In this document: piece by piece, positions 24,001 to 30,718 of the stretch
How the letters are laid out: every line of letters begins with the position of its first letter
How positions within the stretch are numbered: position 1 is the stretch's first letter
Origin: Chthonomonadales bacterium
GTDB lineage: Bacteria > Armatimonadota > Chthonomonadetes > Chthonomonadales > Chthonomonadaceae
NCBI GenBank assembly: GCA_038217285.1
Contig: JBBQPO010000035.1
Location: 1 to 30,718 of the forward strand
Length of the DNA stretch: 30,718 nt
Reading direction: 5' to 3'
Program-made: the position numbers and the translations under genes
The notes under the pieces: generated by a model
Databases searched by the model: none
Seen by the model: only the letters and a program-made list of their open reading frames with translations
Told to the model about the DNA's origin: nothing

Positions 24001-24921
24001 CTACGCTCGGTGGGGATTGCGGGCGATCTGTTCCAGTTCCATCGTGATGTCGCCGAGGGCCGCTTCCAGATCGGCGAGCAGGGGAGAGGAGGCGCGGGCC
24101 GTCGCCACATCCTCCATCTCGACGGTCGCCTGCAGCAGACACTCGTCGATGGCGGATCCCAGCACAAGGACATTCCCCCAGGGATCGATCACCTGCGAGG
24201 AGCCGGTGAAGCCCTTCCCGCCTTCGAAGCCGACGAGTCCGGCGTAGACCACCCAGACATTGTGTTCGTCGGCGATACCGGGCAGCAGCACGTTCCATCG
24301 CGCCACGTTGCCGACGTGAGTGCCTCCGAAATCGCGCCCCGGCGACGCGCTGACGACATAGACGACCTGCGCCCCACGCAGCGCCGCCAGTGTGGCCGAA
24401 ATGGAGTGCCAGGCATCTTCGCAGATCAGCACGGCAACGGTTCCAAAGCGGGTGGGGAACGCCTCGACCGTGCGGCCACGGGAGACGAAACGCTTCTCAT
24501 CGAAGACGCCGTACGTGGGGAGGAAAAACTTGCGGTGGACATGCAGAATGCTTGCGCGAGGGTGGTCTGAATCGGCCTCGGCAATTTCTGAAGTCAACGT
24601 CGCATAGAGAGCGCTGTTGTAGTATTTGCCTTCGCCGAGCTCGTAGAAGCCCAGGCAGATGTCGAGAACAGCGTCGGCGCGCTGCACGCACTCCCGGTAG
24701 ATCCGCAGCAGGTCGTCGAACAGTTGGCTGCGGGTGAGAGCCAGATCGCGCACACCGCCTTCCAGAAAGTAGCCGGTCAGAACCGTCTCCGGGAGCACCA
24801 AAACCTGCGTCTCCGGCGCGTCTGCTTCTATCTGCTCGAACATCTCTCCCAGACGCCGGAGATTGCTCACATACTCGCCCTTGCGCGGCTTTATCTGGCC
24901 TACCGCGACCTCGATTTTCAC
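24001..24921 (-). CDS. Nitrilase-fold glutaminase subunit associated with NAD synthetase
   Basis: Catalytic E-K-C triad: LPE, HRKFFLPTYGVFDEKRF, ICEDAW. It ends 15 nt upstream of nadE. Confidence 0.9.
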   Translation of the reverse strand: MKIEVAVGQIKPRKGEYVSNLRRLGEMFEQIEADAPETQVLVLPETVLTGYFLEGGVRDLALTRSQLFDDLLRIYRECVQRADAVLDICLGFYELGEGKYYNSALYATLTSEIAEADSDHPRASILHVHRKFFLPTYGVFDEKRFVSRGRTVEAFPTRFGTVAVLICEDAWHSISATLAALRGAQVVYVVSASPGRDFGGTHVGNVARWNVLLPGIADEHNVWVVYAGLVGFEGGKGFTGSSQVIDPWGNVLVLGSAIDECLLQATVEMEDVATARASSPLLADLEAALGDITMELEQIARNPHRA

Positions 24922-25141
24922 AGCGACCCCCTCGCTTTCTCAGGGACGCAAGGTTCCAATCGCCCTCATTTCCCACCAACAGTTTACCCGAATTTCCCCG
25001 TGCCTGTTTCTTTCGCTTCGGAGTGACAGGCTTGCTCATAAGCAGGATTACGAACCAACAGGTACAAAATACTCACAAGCCTGAACTGTATCTCGCTTCG
25101 CAAACTGCCAAAAGCCGACTTTCGCTCGACTCCCTGATCGG

Positions 25142-25170
25142 TTGACTCTTCTCTGCGCTTCTGTTAGAAT
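25142..25170 (+). promoter_or_regulatory. Sigma70-type promoter
   Basis: TTGACT-17 nt-TAGAAT with an extended TG. Confidence 0.65.
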
Positions 25171-25282
25171 TGGATATGTCTCCAGGGCGCCGAAGGGTTG
25201 GTCTTCCTGGGAACAAACAGATGCTTTCTGCTCAGAAACGCCAGGGCTTCAGCGCTCTGTTCCATCGGAAGAAACCACTTAT

Positions 25283-25915
25283 ATGCAACCCGAAAACATT
25301 CCGCCGCCTGTCAACTATCCTGTTTACGCGCCGCCTCCGCGCACGGGAACGCCCGTCTGGGTATGGGTGCTCGTAGGATGCCTGGGAAGCGGCTGCATCT
25401 TAATTGTCCTTCTCCCCATCTTGTCAGCCATTCTCTTTCCAGGCTTTGCAAGTGCGCGCACCAGCGCCAGAAGGGTCTCCTGCCTTTCTAATTTGAAGCA
25501 GATCGGTCTTGCAAACATCATGTATGCTCAGGACTACGACGAACGCCTTCCCATAGCCTCGAACTGGCAGACAGACCTCGTGCCTTATACCAAAAACGAG
25601 CGTCTCTTTCATTGTCCGGAAGTTCCTACGGGAACGGAACAGTCCACCCCGGTCGGCACGAACTACGCCTATAATAGTGCGATGGACATGATGAAGACGA
25701 AACGCCTGGCAGAACCGGCGAAAACCATTTTAACCTATGACTCCACCAACTTCAGTCAAAATGCCAACGATGCACTCGCCTCGCTGCCCTCGCCAGGGCG
25801 CCACCGAACGGCAAGCAGTAAGGGAAACAATATTGGTTTCGCCGATGGGCATGCGCAGACGTGGCCAGACGCTAAACCCCTGCCGAACGGACAAATCCTG
25901 CCCGATGCTCCTTGA
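25283..25915 (+). CDS. DUF1559 / H-X9-DG family membrane-anchored protein
   Basis: AILFPGFASAR..ARR.SCLSNLKQIGLA..MYAQDYDE and C-terminal RH......NIGFADGHA. Likely start ATG 25283. Confidence 0.88.
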   Translation: MQPENIPPPVNYPVYAPPPRTGTPVWVWVLVGCLGSGCILIVLLPILSAILFPGFASARTSARRVSCLSNLKQIGLANIMYAQDYDERLPIASNWQTDLVPYTKNERLFHCPEVPTGTEQSTPVGTNYAYNSAMDMMKTKRLAEPAKTILTYDSTNFSQNANDALASLPSPGRHRTASSKGNNIGFADGHAQTWPDAKPLPNGQILPDAP

Positions 25916-25945
25916 TGGGACTACCCCAGTTCAGACAGTGTTCCG

Positions 25946-27361
25946 TTACTTCTTCGTGTGGGCCGCGATCCAGTCGCCCATGGTCTGGAGAGCGATGGGA
26001 GCCATCGTCTCTTCGATGTCGCCATACTCCGTCGGAGAGCCGGTCGTGCTGTTCTGGAACAGGTGATTGAGGTTGGGCAGCTCTTTGATCGCATAGTCCT
26101 TATTTCCTCCTGCTTTCAGGGCACCCTCGATGGCGCTCAGATCTTCCTTTGGCGGAACCTGAAGGTCTTTGCTGCCGTTCAGAGCCAGCACCGGACAGGT
26201 GACCTTCTGCAGTGCGGGAACCGGATCGTAGGTCAGGAAGAAGCGCATCCAGGGAGTGAGGACCGCTTCGCCCTGCGCATAGAGTGGCGCTTCCGACTTG
26301 AACGCCGTGCGCTGCTCCTCGGTGAGGCCAGCCCAGAGCGCATCGACGATCTCTTTCATTCTCTGCTTCGCAGCGGCGGGATCCTTGACCTCCTTGCTGA
26401 CGGCGAACATCTTCTCCTGTGCCTTGCGGTTGGCGGCGATGGCCTCATCGGTGCCTCCGCCGGCTTTCGCGATGAGAGCGCTCTGCCGGTAGAGAATCTG
26501 CTCGCCGTTCAGTCCAGTGCCCGCCATGAGGACAATGAAGGCTACACTCTTGTTTCGGCTTGCGACCAGCGGCGCGATGACCCCGCCCTCGCTGTGCCCG
26601 ATCAGGCCGATCTTCTTACCGTCTACCTCCGTACGAGTTTTCAGGTAGGCGACGCCTGCCTCGGCGTCATCCGCGAAATCCGCCGTGGTCGCCGCCGCAT
26701 AGCTTCCGGTGGACTTGCCGGTGCCGCGCTTATCGTAGCGCAGCACGGCGAATCCTCGACGGGTCAGGTAGTCGGCCAGCACCAGGAAAACCTGATGGTT
26801 GAGAATAGGTTCGTTGCGGGTGTTCGGACCCGAACCGCTGATTAGCAGTACGGTGGGAACCTTGCCTGTCCGACCTCTCGGTAGGGTCAGGGTGCCTGCG
26901 AGCTTGACGTCGGGCCTGCTGTCGAAGGTGACGTCTTCGGCGTCGTAGGGGAACGGCGCTTGCGGGGTCTGCGGACGCCGAACTTCGACGACTTTGCCCC
27001 CTTTCGTCAGTGTCAGAGGCAGTTCGCCTCCGCCCTGACTCCAGGTACCTGCCAACTCCCGCCCTTCCTTACTCAGCTTGCCCTCGAAGCTCCCGCCGAT
27101 CAACGGAACCGCAAACTTTAGACTCTCTTTATCGTAGGTCGTCACCGTCAGGGGAATGCCTTTCGCGCCCTGATTGGGACTGTCCAGTGTGCCGCTGTAT
27201 TTGCCATCGGTCGCTTTCACGATGTGAATGACGATATGGAGCTTTATGCCGCCCGCATCGAGGGCGCCTTGCCAGACCTCTTCCAAGCTGTCTGCCCAGG
27301 CCAGGAGGGGCATTCCACCGACGCAGCAAACCAGCGCTATCATGGTGAGGAATCGTTTCAT
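25946..27361 (-). CDS. Secreted alpha/beta hydrolase
   Basis: Signal peptide; ISGSGP, RYDKRG, GHSEG nucleophile elbow, GSKDLQV and LNHLFQ. Confidence 0.93.
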   Translation of the reverse strand: MKRFLTMIALVCCVGGMPLLAWADSLEEVWQGALDAGGIKLHIVIHIVKATDGKYSGTLDSPNQGAKGIPLTVTTYDKESLKFAVPLIGGSFEGKLSKEGRELAGTWSQGGGELPLTLTKGGKVVEVRRPQTPQAPFPYDAEDVTFDSRPDVKLAGTLTLPRGRTGKVPTVLLISGSGPNTRNEPILNHQVFLVLADYLTRRGFAVLRYDKRGTGKSTGSYAAATTADFADDAEAGVAYLKTRTEVDGKKIGLIGHSEGGVIAPLVASRNKSVAFIVLMAGTGLNGEQILYRQSALIAKAGGGTDEAIAANRKAQEKMFAVSKEVKDPAAAKQRMKEIVDALWAGLTEEQRTAFKSEAPLYAQGEAVLTPWMRFFLTYDPVPALQKVTCPVLALNGSKDLQVPPKEDLSAIEGALKAGGNKDYAIKELPNLNHLFQNSTTGSPTEYGDIEETMAPIALQTMGDWIAAHTKK

Positions 27362-27404
27362 GTCACGTTCTCCTTTTTAGATAATAGTCAAGAGGTGGGG
27401 CAAA

Positions 27405-29378
27405 CTATCTTTTGCTGAGCCGCAAAAGTACCCATCCGCCGCGCTCCGTTCCCTCCTGGTCGAGGACAGTTGCGGTTATATCCGGCGCTTGTGCCAGTTC
27501 CTTCTGAAGCTCGCCCGCGTAGATGTCCCCGGCTGTCACGACGTCTGCCGCGAAGGTCGGCGCTTTGAGCTGCAGCCGCAAGAACGGCAGCAAGGGCTCT
27601 TCTTTGCGTTCGAGAGGCGCGTAGCCGCCATAGTAGAGCATGCTCGGGCGGCGCGGGATGATATGGTAAAAAACGACCGGAACCCCGGCAACGGCATCGC
27701 GGTGCGCTGCTGCCGCCGCGCGCTGATAGGGACCAAGCACATACCGCTCCGCCACGCTATATCCTTCGGACGTACCGAGCGCGATCAATCCTACCATCGT
27801 CGCCATCAGAAGCGCGACCCCGGCCTTCCGACCGCGTTCGCCCTGGCCGCGCCAGTGCAGGCAGATCCACGCCGCGCCGCATCCGAGCAGCAGCAACAGG
27901 GTTATGTGGCGCACGGCTGCCACCATCTCCGCAGGGATGGGCCGATCCGTGGGAACCAGACGCGGGGCAAGCATCGCGCCGACGACCAGGGCTCCTGCCG
28001 TGATCGTGGCCGCGAGCGCCCCACATTCCAGCGATTTTCGCGCCTCCCGCAGGGCTCTATCCAGCCATAGTCCTGTCAGGAGCGCGGCGGCAGGGTAGCA
28101 TGGCACGATATAGGTGGGCAGCTTCGCCGCGCCTATCGTGAAGAAGAGGAAGATCGTCCAGAACCAGACCCGCAGAAAATCCGTGGTGGCGATAGTGTGC
28201 GCTGCTTTCGGAGAGAGCCCCTCCGCGATCAGCGTTTCGGGTGCAGAGACTTGCAGCCGGAACCCCACGATTTTGCGATCCGGTCGTCGGGGCTTCCCAT
28301 CGCCTCCAGCGGCCGGCAGCCCGGAACGTCGAAAGGCGGCGGGAGCGAAACAGGCCCAGGGGAAAAAGCCGAACAGGAAGTAGACGAAGTAGCTCGGCAA
28401 CGGGGCGTTGTGCACCGTGTCCAGGCCCTTGAACCGTCCGATATGCTGTCGAACGATATACTCCTGCGTCCACGTTCGGCCCTCGGCGTCGCGATCTCTG
28501 GTACGCCAGATCGCCAGATGCCAGGGCGCTGTCAGGGCTACGACAATCAGCAGGCCGAGCAGCAACCGCAGTCGTTTCACGCCGCCGCTCCACTGCGCAA
28601 ACCCGCGCAGCCTCCCGATGATTCGGATACGGAAGCCTTGCGTGTCGCCCCAGCCTGCGAGGGCTGCAAACCGGTCGAAGAGCAGATAAGCGCCGATGAC
28701 GAGGGTGGGCAGCAGCAGACCGACCGCGCCTTTCGTAAGGACGGCCAGAGCGCAGGCTACCCAGAACGTGATCGTGATGAGCAGCGGAATGCGGCTGAAT
28801 CGATGGGGAAAGAGGGCATAGGTCAGTGGCTGACCCCGCTGGGCGTGGCGGCTCTGCAGTTCGTAGAAGGCCAACATCGCCATTGTGAACCAGAGTACCA
28901 GGAGCCCATCAGTCGTCATCTGGCGGGCATCCACCAACGTCATTGGCGCGGTGGCATAGACGGCGGCGGCCAGAAGTCCTGCTCGCCGCCCGAACCAGCG
29001 TGTACCGGCGAAGGCCACCAGTCCGGTGGTCATCAGGGCGGCGAGCGCGACCGGCAGTCGCGCCGCGCCCTCCGACATGCCGAAGGTGCGCAGCGAGGCC
29101 GCGCAGGCCCAGTAGACCAGGATCGGCTTCTCGAAGAAAGGCACGACCTGCTCGTCCGGACGCTGGAGTGGGCGTGAATTGAGGCGAGGCGTAACGATGT
29201 CGCCCGACAGGACCATCTGCCGTGCGCCGGTTACGTAAAGCGCCTCGTCGAGATCGAAGAGCGGTACGCCGCCCAGCCGCCAGAAAAAGAGAAACAGGCA
29301 CAGAATCACGACGCCCCACTCGGGCAGTCGGCGCATCGGTCGGCGCAAGGTAGGCGCGCTAGGGGTATCTTCAGTCAT
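27405..29378 (-). CDS. ArnT/GT39-83 family lipid-carrier-dependent glycosyltransferase
   Basis: LFDLDEALY, FFEKPILVYW, ARLP.A, LTKG, PW and KLPTYI.P motifs; multiple TM helices. Confidence 0.9.
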   Translation of the reverse strand: MTEDTPSAPTLRRPMRRLPEWGVVILCLFLFFWRLGGVPLFDLDEALYVTGARQMVLSGDIVTPRLNSRPLQRPDEQVVPFFEKPILVYWACAASLRTFGMSEGAARLPVALAALMTTGLVAFAGTRWFGRRAGLLAAAVYATAPMTLVDARQMTTDGLLVLWFTMAMLAFYELQSRHAQRGQPLTYALFPHRFSRIPLLITITFWVACALAVLTKGAVGLLLPTLVIGAYLLFDRFAALAGWGDTQGFRIRIIGRLRGFAQWSGGVKRLRLLLGLLIVVALTAPWHLAIWRTRDRDAEGRTWTQEYIVRQHIGRFKGLDTVHNAPLPSYFVYFLFGFFPWACFAPAAFRRSGLPAAGGDGKPRRPDRKIVGFRLQVSAPETLIAEGLSPKAAHTIATTDFLRVWFWTIFLFFTIGAAKLPTYIVPCYPAAALLTGLWLDRALREARKSLECGALAATITAGALVVGAMLAPRLVPTDRPIPAEMVAAVRHITLLLLLGCGAAWICLHWRGQGERGRKAGVALLMATMVGLIALGTSEGYSVAERYVLGPYQRAAAAAHRDAVAGVPVVFYHIIPRRPSMLYYGGYAPLERKEEPLLPFLRLQLKAPTFAADVVTAGDIYAGELQKELAQAPDITATVLDQEGTERGGWVLLRLSKR

Positions 29379-29423
29379 AGATTCAGGATACCTGAATGCC
29401 CGGCAGTTTCGCTTTGAAGCTTG

Positions 29424-30431
29424 CTACGGTTGTTTGGGCACGAGGGTATTGATACGCTTGAGTTCGTCCTCGCTGAACTCTAAGTTATCGAGAGCCTTGA
29501 TGTTCTCTTCGATCTGCTGCACACTCGACGCTCCAATCAGGGCGCTGGTGATTGTGGGCAGGCGTAGAGTCCAGGCCAGTGCCATCTGCGCAAGCGTCTG
29601 TCCTCGCTCTTTCGCGATCCCGTTCAGCGCGATCAGCTTCTCCCGCTTCGCAGCGTTGAGGTTCTTCTCGACCCATTCCTTGCCCCATTTCTGCGCCGCC
29701 CGACTCTCCGCCGGAATGTCGCCGCCGAGGTATTTGTCGGTAAGCAGACCGGACGCCAGCGGGCAGAACGGGATGACGCCGGTTCCGACGCGCTCGGTAT
29801 GCGGCAGCAAGTCCCACTCGATCCCGCGACTCAGCATGTTGTAGTAGGGCTGATGGATTGTGATGGGAGCAAGACCCATCCGCTCGCAGATTCGCACGGA
29901 CTCGGCGAACTGCGCGCCGCTATAACTGCTGACGCCGATGTAGAGCGCTTTTCCCTGACGGACGAGTTGATCCAGGGCGGCCATCGTCTCTTCGAGAGGT
30001 GTGTTGGGATCGGGACGGTGCGAGTAGAAGATGTCGAAATACTCCAGTCCCATCCGCTTCAGCGACTGGTCGCAACTCGCGATGATATACTTGCGGGATC
30101 CCCATTCGCCATATGGCCCCGGCCACATCCGATAGCCCGCCTTGCTGGAGATGATCAGTTCGTCTCGCGGCATGTCCGCGATGATCTTGCCGCAGACGAT
30201 CTCCGCATTGCCAGGCGGGCTCCCGTAGTTATTGGCAAAGTCAAAATGCGTGATGCCATTTTGGAAAGCCGCATGAAGACATGCCTTTGCTACGTCCGCA
30301 TCTCGATAACCACCGAACGTCTCCCATGCTCCAAGCGAGATAGCTGGCAACATGAGTCCGCTGCGCCCACATCGTCGATATTGCATCGTATCGTAACGGT
30401 TCTCCGCCCACTGCTGTGTCATCTGTCGCAT
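29424..30431 (-). CDS. Aldo/keto reductase (YghZ/Gpr-like)
   Basis: YRRCGRSGL.LP.ISLG, THFDFANNYG, ISSKAGY, DIFYSHR and IHQP.Y. Start is 30431 or 30422. Confidence 0.95.
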   Translation of the reverse strand: MRQMTQQWAENRYDTMQYRRCGRSGLMLPAISLGAWETFGGYRDADVAKACLHAAFQNGITHFDFANNYGSPPGNAEIVCGKIIADMPRDELIISSKAGYRMWPGPYGEWGSRKYIIASCDQSLKRMGLEYFDIFYSHRPDPNTPLEETMAALDQLVRQGKALYIGVSSYSGAQFAESVRICERMGLAPITIHQPYYNMLSRGIEWDLLPHTERVGTGVIPFCPLASGLLTDKYLGGDIPAESRAAQKWGKEWVEKNLNAAKREKLIALNGIAKERGQTLAQMALAWTLRLPTITSALIGASSVQQIEENIKALDNLEFSEDELKRINTLVPKQP

Positions 30432-30582
30432 CCTTCTACGCGCTTTAAACGCGCGCTATCGGTGTTTTTATCTCCGCAGTAAACCTGTGAAATACCTCGG
30501 ATGTCTATTAGAAATACGGGTACGAGAGTCCTGCAAGGAGGAAGGTTATGCGCCTTGAACGAATATAAACGCATTCTCGGAA

Positions 30583-30718
30583 TTGATGTTTAGACTACCA
30601 GGCTGTCCTTCTTGTCGTTCTTTTCGCTCTTGAAAACGGTGCGATAGCGTGGAGCCTTCTTGATTTTAGCCCCCGGCGAACGGCCTGGTGAATTTCCCCG
30701 CACTTGGGACAAGCGAGC
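30583..30718 (-). mobile_element. Probable end of an IS element (transposase C-terminus, stop at 30590-30592; partial)
   Basis: Minus frame reads ARLSQVRGNSPGRSPGAKIKKAPRYRTVFKSEKNDKKDSLVV*, resembling the basic 'RGKSPG...RY..V.K' tail I recall from NF041680-type putative transposases. Candidate terminal repeat TTGATGTTTAGACT. Confidence 0.5.

Noticed and set aside
25187-25236. GCGCCGAAGG...CTCAG resembling a glycine riboswitch
   Set aside because: The GGAGA and CTCTCAGG elements are missing and the downstream gene is unrelated to glycine metabolism.
30595-30717. Alternative minus frame LACPKCGEIH... suggesting a zinc-ribbon protein
   Set aside because: Only one CxxC is visible, and the other frame fits a transposase tail ending at a candidate terminal repeat. 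It cannot be fully excluded at the window edge.

Overview
GC-rich bacterial chromosomal window, most likely from Armatimonadota (inferred from a DUF1559/H-X9-DG protein and an 'ELLRA'-repeat membrane protein). It is mostly housekeeping and envelope genes: dnaK plus the 5' end of a dnaJ-family gene under a perfect sigma70 promoter overlapped by a HAIR-like operator, a GAF histidine kinase, a ~1045-aa GNAT protein, a TetA-like MFS, a KGG stress protein, uvrA, a DUF5060/DUF4038 protein, a Ser/Thr kinase, an acyl-CoA synthetase, a TM2 protein, a GT2, a split glutaminase + NAD synthetase pair, an alpha/beta hydrolase, an ArnT-like transferase and an aldo-keto reductase. The right edge probably runs into an IS that interrupts a gene. 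The most notable structure is downstream of uvrA: uvrA, then a vapBC-like pair, then a decaying ~90%-identical copy of the last ~300 bp of uvrA, then a second TA pair (DUF433/DUF5615). This suggests TA cassettes are captured by replacing the uvrA 3' end, with no integrase nearby. All family assignments come from motif recognition, not database searches.
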